From assembly GCA_963662465.1 (NCBI GenBank), contig OY759599.1, positions 1,344,001 to 1,408,000 on the forward strand: a DNA stretch of 64,000 nucleotides. Reading direction: 5' to 3'. Positions 20,444 to 31,286 of the stretch are shown here, in pieces. The position numbers and the translations under genes are program-made. The stretch's first letter is position 1. Each line of letters starts with the position of its first letter. Under the pieces are notes generated by a model that was given only the letters and a program-made list of their open reading frames with translations, had not been told where the DNA came from and did not search any database. Origin of the DNA: Desulfatiglandales bacterium. GTDB lineage: Bacteria; Desulfobacterota; DSM-4660; Desulfatiglandales; Desulfatiglandaceae.

Positions 20444-20549
20444 GGGCAGGCACAGGGGCCTGCCCCTACGAGGACATCGTGGTCAAGGCCATTCCCGGTT
20501 TTACCGGTTATCGCGGTCTCCCGTAGGGGCAACCCCCTGTGGTTGCCCT
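20444..20549. repeat. GTAG-type REP doublet
   Basis: gggcaggcacaggggcctgcccctacg ... cgtaggggcaaccccctgtggttgccct. Confidence 0.65.
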
Positions 20550-20658
20550 GTTCGCTGTTATTCCCATTTTTACTATATCCTTCGAAAAGGAAACGGACAT
20601 TTATCGGACATATCGGACATATCGGACATTTTTCAGGCAAACGCCTGAAAGGCCCCTT

Positions 20659-20802
20659 AAAAACATCCCCACCGCCGAATACCAGTCGGTCATGCGGGAC
20701 GATGAAAAAGATCCCATTCGGGTGTCCTATGAACGCCGCAACCGGGACTTGGACCCGCAGCTCGTCTGGCGGGGTAAAGATGAACAGGACTGGTCAGATC
20801 TG
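20659..20802 (+). pseudogene. N-terminal fragment of type III RM Mod-like DNA methyltransferase
   Basis: KNIPTAEYQSVM...RRNRDLDPQLVWRGKDEQDWSDL. Confidence 0.6.
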
Positions 20803-21869
20803 GGTCGATCAGGGTGTAAATCACGACCGTTTGAGAATAGAAAGTATCCTCGTTCTTACGAACTTCACTCCCTCGTTCCCACGTTCTGCGTGGGAACGAG
20901 AGGAAGATCCGAATGTTTCGTACCTTCTCTAAATTTGCCATTTTTTCCAACAGCCCTGATTTACACCCGGTCGATCATGAGAGAGTGGACTTCAGACTGG
21001 AGTTCAGGAAAGTAATCGGGTTTTCCCTGGTCCTGGGTGAACAGGTTATCCATATATACATTTTTGCACGAGAAGATGGCCCGGGCTGAAATGCAGTGGA
21101 TTCGAGTATCGAGAGGTTTTCAAAAAGAAGACGAAATCGAAAGGTCTGGGAAAAATATCACCCAATAACCGCGGCCTGATAGCGCATAAATTCAGAATCA
21201 ATGGGGAAATAGCCAAAAAAAAGAACCCGAAAATCGGTCTTTGTTTTCGGTTTTTCTTGACTTAAAAAGTAGCTAGGTGTAGGCAACACTATAAGTATAT
21301 AAGAGACAGATTCCTTTTTTATTCAATGAAAAAAAGAGGAGCATGAATGGCATTCATTAACCAGAAACCCCGTTACTCCCGAACAGATGGAGATCGGGGT
21401 TTTGTATTTTGTACAATCCCCGCGTTCCCACGCTCCTGAGTGGGAGCGCCCTGGGGCGCTCCGCATCCGTATCGTTAGTAGCTTATTTTCTGACTTTCTA
21501 TATGGGTCGGGCTACGGCGCGGGAGCTGGTCAGGGCAACGAGGATGGTTCGGGGAAAGGAACCGGTGGTGGGTCCGGAAATAATAATGGTTCGAGCGGCT
21601 GGGGAAACCGGGGGGGGACAAGGGAACCGGTAGTGATATGCGGGTAAGGGACACTTCCCCGTTGTAACCCCGATTGTAGGTGTGCGGCTTCAGCCGCACA
21701 TTCAGCACCGTTTGCGGGGAGATACGGAATCAGAATACATTTTTTTAAGAAAGTTCAGGCGTTGTGACCGAATATGACAAAGCCGTATGGTAAATACTCT
21801 GAAAAACCAAATACCCGGTTTTAAACTGGTGGCATGGATGAATGTGAGAAATTCAGACGAGGAACCCGC

Positions 21870-22801
21870 ATGAAGAAGACAGGTAGCCATCGTTACAGCA
21901 TTTTCATCAGCAGCGTTCAGAAGGAGCTCACCCTGGAACGTCGGTCACTGAAAAACTATGTTTTCAACGACCCTTTGTTGAAAGTGTTCGTTTCAGAAGT
22001 GTTCCTGTTTGAAGAGCTGCCTGCCAGGGATCAAAAAGCGGACCAGGCCTATTTGGAGCAGGTCGATCAGTGTGATTTGTATGTGGGGCTTTTCGCTAAT
22101 GAATATGGACATGAAGATTCTGACGGTCTTTCACCGACAGAAAGGGAATTTGACCGCACCACTGAAATGGGCAAGACTCGAATGATCTTTGTAAAAGGTG
22201 GCAATGACGGAATCCGGCATCCCAAAATGGAACAGTTGATTCGTAAGGCCGCGTCCCAGCTCATTCGACGCAAGTTTAACACCGTCGCTGATCTGAACGC
22301 AGCGTTTTATGCCGCCATGGTCGACCATCTGAAACAAGCGGGCGATCTGCGAACCTTACCCTTTGACGCCAGTTCCTGCCCACGTGCAACCCTGTCGGAC
22401 CTCTCCCAGGAAAACATCAGAGGATTTCTCGCTACTGCATTGAACGCTGCATGGAAGTCGGTCTTCCCTCACCGGATTTCGAGGAAAGGGCCGGTATCTT
22501 TGTGTCCACGCTCTGGAGGGATTGGCTAACCGAGAAGTTTTTTGGAACACTCAATCTTAATGATCGACAGAGGAAAATCCTCAGCCTTTTGTTGCAGCAA
22601 CGTTATGTCACCAACGCCCAATACCAGGATCTCACAGGCGCCAGCCGGGCCACTGCGAAGCGAGACCTTGAGGGGTTGGTGAAGAAGGGGTTAATCATAC
22701 TGGAAGGTGCAGGCCGCGGAGCACGTTATCGAGTACCAAAGAAACGGCCCATAAATGGCTCAAACGGCTCAAACGCGAATGAAAAGGGAAATGGCTCATA
22801 A
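21870..22801 (+). pseudogene. DUF4062 / ATP-binding / HTH protein with internal deletion and frameshift
   Basis: IFISSVQKEL..ER, SPTEREFD; frame change near 22440 into LNDRQ..L...VTNAQYQ..TGASRATAKRDL. Confidence 0.7.
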
Positions 22802-23140
22802 ATGGCTCAAACGGCTCAAACAACCTACATAAAAGGCATCTGGTTATCAGTCTACGAGTGACCCGCTAAAGGGGCCAAATACGGGCCAATCGTGCCATAA
22901 GAGGTGACAAAATGGAGACACAAGGGGACACACTCACCCCTGGTTCCCATGCTCTGCGTGGGAACCCCAGACGTGTGGAAATGGGGACATCTATTAAAGG
23001 GTGGCATTTGATTCTGGATGCACTTATGGATGTCCCCTGCTGCGCAAATTCACTGTCCCATGGGGACACCCGAAAATAGCCCGGCAATTCATTTCCGGGA
23101 TAATAACAGCCGGATGCCTGAGTCCCATCGGGACGGCAGA

Positions 23141-23248
23141 ATGCACCGGATGGGGATGTTGGGTGAACGCAACCTGAAACATGCACAACCGTTTAGGGAA
23201 TATGTCGGGTCTTTCCCTGAATGGCGGGAGGTTATGGGTGAGAACTGA
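23141..23248 (+). pseudogene. Remnant third copy of the Zn-ribbon/alphaCTD/sigma4 gene
   Basis: RMGMLGE fused to LKHAQPFREYVGSFPEWREVMG. Confidence 0.7.
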
Positions 23249-23329
23249 CCTAACGCATTTGGCGGTTCCGGGGAGCATCCTTAGTAGCTTATCCCCTGAC
23301 TTTCTATAATGAAAAACAAGAAAATAACA

Positions 23330-23460
23330 AAAAAAATACAATGACCAAAATTCAAAAATCCAAACAAAAAATGCACACCCAGGGATCTCTGGAGCATTGG
23401 ATATTGGGATTTGGAATTTGGGATTTATTTGTAATTTGGTGCTTGGAATTTGGAATTTTA
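23330..23460. repeat. Degenerate heptamer repeats in opposed orientation
   Basis: aaattcaaaaatccaaac ... ttggatattgggatttggaatttgggattt...ttggaatttggaattt. Confidence 0.6.
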
Positions 23461-23577
23461 AAATAGTTTATTGGGTTGCGAGTATGGCCCGCGTTAGTAT
23501 TGTGCCGCACTTTTTCAGTGCCCGTGAACCAAGCGGGATTGAAAGACAACCACAACCCCAAAAAAAGGAGTCTAATC

Positions 23578-23973
23578 ATGAAGCACGTATTGACCCTGAT
23601 CGTATGCGCGACCGTTCTTGCCTGGGCGAACCCCTTAAGTGCCTGTCCGGGACCGGATATTGACGCTGGGTATTTTGCATCGGGTGCGGGAAGTCAGATG
23701 GCCGCTGATCTCCAGGATGCGGGCATCCATGACCTCCTGGCTCGCGGCGGCGGCGGGAGAGGTCAGGGAAAGGGAGGAGGAAGCGGTTCCGGGCAGTGTG
23801 ACGGGAGTGGTTCCGGCCAGGGAAAGGGCAAAGGGTATGGTGCCAAAGACGGGACCGGCACCGGGGAACGTCCCCAGGATGGCTCGGGTTACGGCGCGGG
23901 AGGGGGCAGAGGTTCCGGAAAACAAGACGGTTCGGGCGGTAAAGGGAAACGAGGCGGACAGTGGAATCAGTAA
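23578..23973 (+). CDS. Secreted glycine-rich protein
   Basis: RBS AAGGAG; signal-like N-terminus; GSG/GKG repeats, GYGAKDGTG..PQDGSGYGAG. Confidence 0.75.
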   Translation: MKHVLTLIVCATVLAWANPLSACPGPDIDAGYFASGAGSQMAADLQDAGIHDLLARGGGGRGQGKGGGSGSGQCDGSGSGQGKGKGYGAKDGTGTGERPQDGSGYGAGGGRGSGKQDGSGGKGKRGGQWNQ

Positions 23974-24424
23974 CCGTACCATCCCACTCCCCGGTTCCCA
24001 TACTCTGCCTGGGAACCGACGACAGGCGCTTCGCGGGTTGTAGGTGCGGCTTCAGCCGCACAGTTGAAGGTCTTTATAATTTGGGGAGTTGGGAGTGGGG
24101 AGTGGGGTCGGGCAAGTCAAATTATTGAAATCGAGGCTATATTGACATTTTTTTGGGGGGAAAACGCGCATTATAGGATTGGGCAAAGCATGAACTTTTT
24201 CTTATACAGCTCTTTTGGGGGTCAAAAAGAGCTGTATGCGGCCTGAAAAAGGTTGTTTTTGGTGATCTATTCGATAGAAAACAATATTTTGTCTTGACCC
24301 ACCCGGACTGCGACAGGAATGTACAGGGGGCATTCTGGGCAGACGGGAGCACAGAAAACGGCGCTTGGTGGCTTAGGGCCAGACCGACAAGGCAATTTTT
24401 CAGCCAAAACACAAAGGAAACCAG

Positions 24425-25009
24425 ATGAAAAACAATAAAAGACGTAAACCCATAGATGCCAACAAAATTGTGAATGGTGATCCACTATACAAGGTTCCTG
24501 GTGTTTCCGATCGTATCAGAGATGTAATGATAGATCTTGTCGATGATTCGTATTCACTGCTCCCGGGTGACGAAATAAACGTTCCATCGGCATCCGGAAG
24601 ACCAATACGTTGCATGAGCTTGCACTTGCATACGCCGCATCATATGTGCTTCGGGAAATTGTTCCAGAACCACAGATCGTTATGAAGATACGCGGCGACG
24701 CGGTTACTAATGAACGGATAACATGCATGGTACGCGGCGTGGATGCGAAAGACGGACAGGATAAGGAATTTTGGATCACGTGCGTGCCAACCAGACCAGT
24801 ATTTTGAAGAGGATGACACGACTCTCGCCTTCATCGCCCTTAAGGATATTCGACAGTTTTTCATCAACAGCGGCTACATACAGGTGTTGCGTGAAGCGAT
24901 TGAATTGGTAGAGGATACGATCTGGGCGAACATTGCGGCGGAAAGGAAGTCGAAAATCAAACTGCGAAAAAAAAGCACTAATACTCTTTATCGGTGCCAT
25001 CTGCTATAA
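24425..25009 (+). pseudogene. Hypothetical gene split over three frames
   Basis: Overlapping ORFs 24425, 24610 and 24743 read as consecutive protein-like segments after an RBS. Confidence 0.45.
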
Positions 25010-25098
25010 CACTGGATTCTCGGGGTTCTCTGGGCCATCGAAACCCACAGAATTCATTTAGAAAACGGTAATACGCAGTGAAATGACAATCATGGAGT

Positions 25099-27954
25099 TT
25101 GAAATTGGGAAGCCGGTCAAAAATAGATGAATTGCTTGCGGAGCTTATTAGCAGGTGGAGTTGTTGGGATATTTACGAAAATGTCTATTTGGATGAGGTG
25201 GCCCCGAAAATCGTTGAAGATCCCCGCTATGGCGATGAAAGGGAGATAGAACTGCATTTAGCCATCAGGAATGAACTTACTGATGCGGAATGGCGGGACC
25301 TACCGGGCCTCATCAGGGAGAAAAGAGCAGGATGCCTCAGGGAAACAGAGAAAGAACGTCTGATTCGGGAAGCAGAGGAGAAGGCCCGCGAAGAAAAGAA
25401 ACGCCGGTTGGCAGAGGAAGAAAAGGTTCGAAGAGAAAAGGCGCTTGCTGAAGCTGAACGAAAACGTCTGTTCAAAGCGTTGAAAAAGAAAATGGAGGAG
25501 GACTATCTCAGGGCAGATGTCTTTTTCACCTCCTGTTGCCGGCCGCTCATTTCAGTAGAAGAATACGAAAAGGAAAAAATTTCTTTTGTTCGCAATTGGG
25601 CAGAGGTCTATTCTGGAACACAGGTGGACTCTGAGCAGGCCTTGGCGATTGGAGCCGTAGATCGACATGTTCAGGTGGTGGCTCGCGCCGGCAGTGGCAA
25701 AACCACTACCATCGCCGTTAGAGCGGCGTTTATGATAAAGCATTGTGGCATCAATCCCAATGAAATGCTTTTATTGGCGTTTAACCGAAAAGCCGCCGAG
25801 GAAATGGCGGATCGGTTGTCAGGCATTTTGACTGGCATCTTACCTCATGTGATGACGTTTCATGCGTTGGCCTACGCCATTGTACATCCCGAGGAAAGTC
25901 TGCTGTATGATGAGCCGGAGGGTGCCCAGTCCAAAAGCCGAGCATTACAAACCCTGATCAACGATCATATGCGGGATCCGGATTATCGAGAACGCATCCG
26001 TAATGTTATGATGACCCATTTTCGATCAGATTGGGAACGTATCGTGGCAGGAGGCTTTGAACGAAGCAAGGAGGAATTCCTGTTGTATCGCCGCTCTCTT
26101 CCAAGAGAAACGCTGCAAGGACAATATGTCAAATCATTTGGAGAAAAGATCATTGCCGATTTCCTTTTTGAGCATGACGTTCCCTACAAGTATGAAAGGA
26201 ATTTCTGGTGGAGCGGCATCAATTATCGCCCCGATTTCACCCTTTTTAAAAGTTCAAATTCCGGTACTGTAATTGAATACTTCGGACTTTCAGGCGATCC
26301 GGACTATGATGAAATGTCTCAGGAAAAGGAAGGGTTTTGGAGTAGCAAGACCGGTTGGACGCTCTTGTCTTTCACTTCCCACAACATTAGGCAAAATGGG
26401 GAGGAAGCATTTCGAAAAACCCTAAAGGATTCTTTGGAAAAACTGGGTTTTGAGTGTGACCGACTCTCAGAAGATGAGATCTGGCACAGGGTCCGGGACC
26501 GTGCCATTGACCGCTTTACCACTGCCGTGGTCGGTTTTGTTCAGAGGTGCCGGAAGCTGTCTCTTGGGGGGCGGCAGTTGACCGATCTTGTGAGGAACTA
26601 CGTCACCACATCAGTTGTTGAGGCTGGGTTTCTGGATGTGGCGCTACCTTTATATGAGGCCTACCTGAATCGTATCGCTTCAACTGGTGAAGATGATTTC
26701 GATGGCCTCATGCAGCGAGCTTCCCAGGCTGTGTCCGGAGGGCACACCCGGTTTGAACGTCTTTCGGGTTCTGGGAATCTCAGGGAAATCAGGCATATCT
26801 GCATCGACGAGTATCAGGATTTTTCCGAACTGTTCCATCTATTGGTGGAAGCCATTCGAAAGCAAAATCCATCGGTTCTTTTTTTCTGTGTGGGTGATGA
26901 CTGGCAGGCAATCAATGGTTTTGCAGGCTCGGATTTACGCTTCTATGAAAATTTTCAGAAACAATTTAAGCCGTCGGACCGATTTCATATTTCAACCAAT
27001 TACCGCTCCTGTGCCGGTATTGTTGAAATTGGAAATGCATTGATGGATGGTAAGGGGACACCGGCAAGGGCCGCAAAACGTGAGCTGGGGGAAGTCCTTT
27101 TTGCCGATCTGAAAAATTTCAAGCCAACCAAAAGAGAAATAGAACGCCACTTCGGAGATAAGGTAACACCCGCCGTTCTCCGGTTGATCGGAAGCCTCCT
27201 GGAGGAAGGGCAAAAAGCCGTATTGCTGAGTCGAAAAAACAGTCTGCCTTACGATGTGAACTACAGGGAACAAACCGGTAAGCCCTCAAACCGGTTAGAG
27301 CGTTTTCTAGATGGCGTAAGGTCTTTCTTGCCGAAAGATTGGCGTGCCCAAATCAATGTTTCGACCGCCCACAAATTCAAAGGGCTACAAGAATCAACTG
27401 TGATCATCTTAGATGCCGTAGATCGAAGCTACCCATTGATCCATCCGGACTGGGTATTTACGCGTGTACTGGGAGATTGTGTGGAAGACATTATCGATGA
27501 AGAAAAACGACTTTTTTATGTGTCCCTCACCCGTGCGGTGAATAGACTTATCATCTTGTCTGAAGCGGGAAATTTTTCTCCATTTTTAGAAACGTTGTTT
27601 GAAAAAATGAAGATCCCTGTCGTGAAATGGGAACAGTACCCTCCCTTAAAAGAACAACAATTACGGGTTACCGTAAAGGTTGGAAACCAGGAAGGCACCG
27701 GGGTCGGACCGACCTTAAAGATCAAAGACCAACTCAAAGCAGAAGGTTATCAGTGGACTTCAACGGAATGGAAATCGTGGTGCAGAACCTGTCAGACCGA
27801 AGGCTTTTCCATCAAAAACTTATGCGAATCATCCGTTTGGATTCAAGAAGCAGATGGTGTAGAAGTCCGTGTATATGATGATTACAATTGCCTAATGGAA
27901 CGCTGTTTTGTTGATAGGGGCAAATTCCGTTCCGGCATGGACAAACCTAAATAA
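25099..27954 (+). CDS. UvrD/helicase IV-like SF1 helicase with inserted PD-(D/E)xK-like nuclease domain
   Basis: ARAGSGKT, IDEYQD, VGDDWQAI, TNYRS, TAHKFKGLQ, YVSLTRA; insert KSFGEKIIADFL..YKYE..YRPDF..IEYFG. Confidence 0.85.
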   Translation: MKLGSRSKIDELLAELISRWSCWDIYENVYLDEVAPKIVEDPRYGDEREIELHLAIRNELTDAEWRDLPGLIREKRAGCLRETEKERLIREAEEKAREEKKRRLAEEEKVRREKALAEAERKRLFKALKKKMEEDYLRADVFFTSCCRPLISVEEYEKEKISFVRNWAEVYSGTQVDSEQALAIGAVDRHVQVVARAGSGKTTTIAVRAAFMIKHCGINPNEMLLLAFNRKAAEEMADRLSGILTGILPHVMTFHALAYAIVHPEESLLYDEPEGAQSKSRALQTLINDHMRDPDYRERIRNVMMTHFRSDWERIVAGGFERSKEEFLLYRRSLPRETLQGQYVKSFGEKIIADFLFEHDVPYKYERNFWWSGINYRPDFTLFKSSNSGTVIEYFGLSGDPDYDEMSQEKEGFWSSKTGWTLLSFTSHNIRQNGEEAFRKTLKDSLEKLGFECDRLSEDEIWHRVRDRAIDRFTTAVVGFVQRCRKLSLGGRQLTDLVRNYVTTSVVEAGFLDVALPLYEAYLNRIASTGEDDFDGLMQRASQAVSGGHTRFERLSGSGNLREIRHICIDEYQDFSELFHLLVEAIRKQNPSVLFFCVGDDWQAINGFAGSDLRFYENFQKQFKPSDRFHISTNYRSCAGIVEIGNALMDGKGTPARAAKRELGEVLFADLKNFKPTKREIERHFGDKVTPAVLRLIGSLLEEGQKAVLLSRKNSLPYDVNYREQTGKPSNRLERFLDGVRSFLPKDWRAQINVSTAHKFKGLQESTVIILDAVDRSYPLIHPDWVFTRVLGDCVEDIIDEEKRLFYVSLTRAVNRLIILSEAGNFSPFLETLFEKMKIPVVKWEQYPPLKEQQLRVTVKVGNQEGTGVGPTLKIKDQLKAEGYQWTSTEWKSWCRTCQTEGFSIKNLCESSVWIQEADGVEVRVYDDYNCLMERCFVDRGKFRSGMDKPK

Positions 27955-28028
27955 GATAAGCTATAACCAATCATATGAATTTTTGACCCTATTAAATCAT
28001 ACTCGTTTATTTTTTGGGAGTAACCATC

Positions 28029-31000
28029 ATGAACTCAATTTTAAATTCCTGTGAACCCCGCCCTGACATTATTTCAGGTACGTTTAATCCCGAAATTTTC
28101 ACCGCGTCTCTGAGCGAGGTGTTCCGGTTTTATTCCGGACGTGGAACGGGTATCAACGCCATCTATACTGATGCGGAGCAGTTTTTCAGGGAAGGCACCT
28201 ATGCCACGGACGGCATGCGGATGGTTATTTCCGAGGTTTTCAGCCGTCTTTCCGGTGATAATACGGCCCCGGCGATCCACCGTCTCGAAACCGCATTTGG
28301 CGGAGGGAAAACCCACACCCTGATTGCGTGTACCCACCTGGCATACAAGGGAAAAGAAGCGGCGGGTTTCGCGGGTGACATAATCGACGCGAGCCAACTG
28401 CCCGTTCCCGGAGAAATCCTGGTAGCAGGGATAGCAGGGGATGAACTTCCCGTTCAAAAACCCAAAGGTACAAGGCTCATCCCCTACACGCTATGGGGGG
28501 AAATCGCCTACCAGTTGGGGGGAGAAGACCTCTATGGTCAGGTGGAAGATGAAGCCGCCTCTCCTGCTGCCCCCGGAAAAAATTATTTCGAGACCGTATT
28601 TGAAGACAGGAAAGTCCTTCTCATGATCGATGAGCTGGCTCAGTATGCGGCCCGGCTATCAGCCGCCATGCCGGATGGGGGAAATCAATTGGCGGCATTT
28701 TTGATGTCCCTTCACGGGTATGCCAGGACCCGGTCCGGTATGGCCATATTGCTCACGTTGGCCAGCGCCACAGATGCCTTTGCCAATCAGACCGCGCAAT
28801 TGGTCAAACTCTTGTCGGATGTCATGGGAAAGGAGATCTCCAAAGACGCCGCAATGGGTATCGGTCAGCAAGCCATCAGCGGCGTGAGCAGCGTTGTGGG
28901 GCGGGATGCGACTGCCGTTGTTCCGGTTCAGGCGGCTGAGATTTCCCGGGTCTTGGCCAAGCGGCTGTTTAACCGCATTGAACCCTCTGATGCAGACGCC
29001 ACAGCCAGGGCTTATGAAGCGCTCTATGTGAAAAACGCATCCCTTCTCCCGGATGATGCCATCCGGTCCGAATTTCTCGAACGGATGAAGGCCAATTACC
29101 CGTTTCACCCAACTCTGATCGATTTTCTCAACAACAAACTGGCCGCTTCCGAGGATTTTCAAGGGACGAGAGGTGTATTGCGGGTTCTCGCTTTGACCGT
29201 GCGAAATATCTGGAGAAGGGAAGTTGAAATACCCATGATTCATACCTGCCATATTGATCTCCGGGATGCACGGACAGTGAACGAAATGCTGGCACGGACC
29301 GGGGGCGGCGATCTCCTGCCGGTCTTGAATGCGGATGTGGGCGGCGCGGACACGGAGCGGATTGAAGGGGGCGTCAGCAACGCGGAACTGGCTGACCGCC
29401 GGAATCCCCACCCCGAAAAATGGCCCATGTATGAGTACACCTGGAAGACCATTTTCCTTCACAGCCTCGTGGGTCGGGAGCAGGGGCTGGAATCCAATAT
29501 TTTCGGACTCACCGAACAGGAAGCCCTGTTTCACACCGCGTTTCCCGGGCTCACTCCGCCGCAGATCAGTGAGGCCCTCAAGGAGATCAAGAGCAGCGCT
29601 TTTTATCTGCGACTCAACCAGGGTCGCTATTACGCCAGCCTGGACCCGTCGGTGAACATTGCGCTGGCCAAAATCAGCCGGTCCCTGGTAATAGAGGAGA
29701 TTGATGACCTCCTTAACGTGAAGGCCCGCAAGGTGGTTACCGCCAATGTCAAAACCTTTCATGTGGTACACGATGTGGCCATCCCCGAACACATTCCCGA
29801 CAACAAGGGGATTCCGGTTCTCGCCCTGGTTGCACTGGGGGCGGAGGAGGTGAACATGGAAGATTTTATCACCACCGCCGGGCTCAACCGGCCGCGCATC
29901 GAACAGAACCTGGTCCTGGTCCTGGCGCCTGAAACCGTCGTTTCAAGGATCGGTGGCAGCGATCAGGCATCTCTTTTTGGCAGGGTTGCCTCTCCCGCGG
30001 AAGAGGCCAAAAAGCGTCTTCATGATCTGGGCAGGACTGTCCTCGCAATGGCCAGGTTGAAAGACAAACCCCAAAATTACGGTATCAGCCCCAAGAAACT
30101 GGAGGACGAAGGATTCAGGCAGCGATTCAGCGAGCGGGACAAAGCCCTGGAAACAGCCGTTACTGAAACGTACAAAAAACTCTGGTATCCATCCTCCGAC
30201 GGAAAGATCACGGCCAAAGAAATCCGTACGGCCGGCGGTGAGGGGGGAGTCCCTGTCCTCGAACAGATTCGGAAAACCCTCCTGAATGAAGGCGAGCTTG
30301 TAACGGCTGAGCACTGCACCCAGTCCGGATTAACCAATCTCAAAGAATTGTTTTTCGATCGCGCCGATACCATACTGGTTAAGAAACTTCGGGAAAATTT
30401 TGCCCGCATTCGCACCTGGCCCATATTGGATGCCCCTTCACTGATTGAGCAGATTGTGCGAGAAGGGGTCCGCAAGGGTTTGTGGTGCCTTTTCCGCATG
30501 GGAAGCGATGAGAGTACGAAAACGGCGGAGTTTTATGATCGAGACAAAGGCGATCTCCCCTTTGAAATTGATCTCACAAAAGACTATTCCATTGTCACCC
30601 CGGATGGCTCCCGCAAACGCGGCTGGAGTACGGACAAAGGACCGGATGTGGCCAAGGTTGAGCTGTATGTGAGTCAGGTGGCAGGCGATCAGCAGATTGC
30701 TACCGTACGCTATATTGCTGAATCCATCAATAACCAATGGGGCGATATGCCGGCGCAGACTGTCAACAAAGCTATCACCAAATTGGTCCAGAGCGAACGT
30801 TTGATGACCTACAAAGGTACTGTGGATCAGGAGGAAAAGCCCGACCTGATCAGCGGAACCAAAGCCTCCTTTTACAGCGTGGAAGATGAAGATGTTATTG
30901 TGACCCCGAAAAAGGCAGCGGAAAAGGGATGGGTTGAGGCGAAAAAATCCGGATTTGATCTGGTAGGAAGGCAGGCCGCCCATATCCTGCTGCCCATGCT

Positions 31001-31286
31001 GCGAAAGATCGGCTCCTTTTATGAACGGGGTGCAAAGACAACCATAGACAGTTTGGATTTGAGCGATATGGAACTCCCCGGTGGCGGAACCCTGCGGATC
31101 AGTCTTTCGGAGGTGCCGCCCCAATCCATGAAGGATCTGGGGGAATTTCTTGAGACAGTGGCGGGTCTCGTGAAAATGGGAGACAACACCGAAGGTTATC
31201 TCACCGTGAAGGAGCGGGTAAAAGATTGTCCGTTCATGGAAGAGCTCAGTAAAGAGAAAAACAAGAAAGATCAGGACAAACCATGA
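28029..31286 (+). CDS. DUF499 AAA+ ATPase of restriction-like defence system
   Basis: LETAFGGGKTH, TLWGEIAYQLG, MIDEL, YPFHP, FQGTRGVLR. Confidence 0.88.
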   Translation: MNSILNSCEPRPDIISGTFNPEIFTASLSEVFRFYSGRGTGINAIYTDAEQFFREGTYATDGMRMVISEVFSRLSGDNTAPAIHRLETAFGGGKTHTLIACTHLAYKGKEAAGFAGDIIDASQLPVPGEILVAGIAGDELPVQKPKGTRLIPYTLWGEIAYQLGGEDLYGQVEDEAASPAAPGKNYFETVFEDRKVLLMIDELAQYAARLSAAMPDGGNQLAAFLMSLHGYARTRSGMAILLTLASATDAFANQTAQLVKLLSDVMGKEISKDAAMGIGQQAISGVSSVVGRDATAVVPVQAAEISRVLAKRLFNRIEPSDADATARAYEALYVKNASLLPDDAIRSEFLERMKANYPFHPTLIDFLNNKLAASEDFQGTRGVLRVLALTVRNIWRREVEIPMIHTCHIDLRDARTVNEMLARTGGGDLLPVLNADVGGADTERIEGGVSNAELADRRNPHPEKWPMYEYTWKTIFLHSLVGREQGLESNIFGLTEQEALFHTAFPGLTPPQISEALKEIKSSAFYLRLNQGRYYASLDPSVNIALAKISRSLVIEEIDDLLNVKARKVVTANVKTFHVVHDVAIPEHIPDNKGIPVLALVALGAEEVNMEDFITTAGLNRPRIEQNLVLVLAPETVVSRIGGSDQASLFGRVASPAEEAKKRLHDLGRTVLAMARLKDKPQNYGISPKKLEDEGFRQRFSERDKALETAVTETYKKLWYPSSDGKITAKEIRTAGGEGGVPVLEQIRKTLLNEGELVTAEHCTQSGLTNLKELFFDRADTILVKKLRENFARIRTWPILDAPSLIEQIVREGVRKGLWCLFRMGSDESTKTAEFYDRDKGDLPFEIDLTKDYSIVTPDGSRKRGWSTDKGPDVAKVELYVSQVAGDQQIATVRYIAESINNQWGDMPAQTVNKAITKLVQSERLMTYKGTVDQEEKPDLISGTKASFYSVEDEDVIVTPKKAAEKGWVEAKKSGFDLVGRQAAHILLPMLRKIGSFYERGAKTTIDSLDLSDMELPGGGTLRISLSEVPPQSMKDLGEFLETVAGLVKMGDNTEGYLTVKERVKDCPFMEELSKEKNKKDQDKP

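Noticed and set aside
20207..21015. ORFs 20207-20932 and 20539-21015 as real genes
   Set aside because: They run across REPs, tandem repeats and unrelated fragments; chimeric open frames.
13897..24062. CRISPR array from the recurring palindromes
   Set aside because: Spacing is irregular (hundreds to thousands of bp), copies are degenerate and no cas genes are present.
3449..24062. Integron cassette array
   Set aside because: No tyrosine integrase seen, no consistent RYYYAAC...GTTRRRY attC pairs found by eye, and genes lie on both strands.
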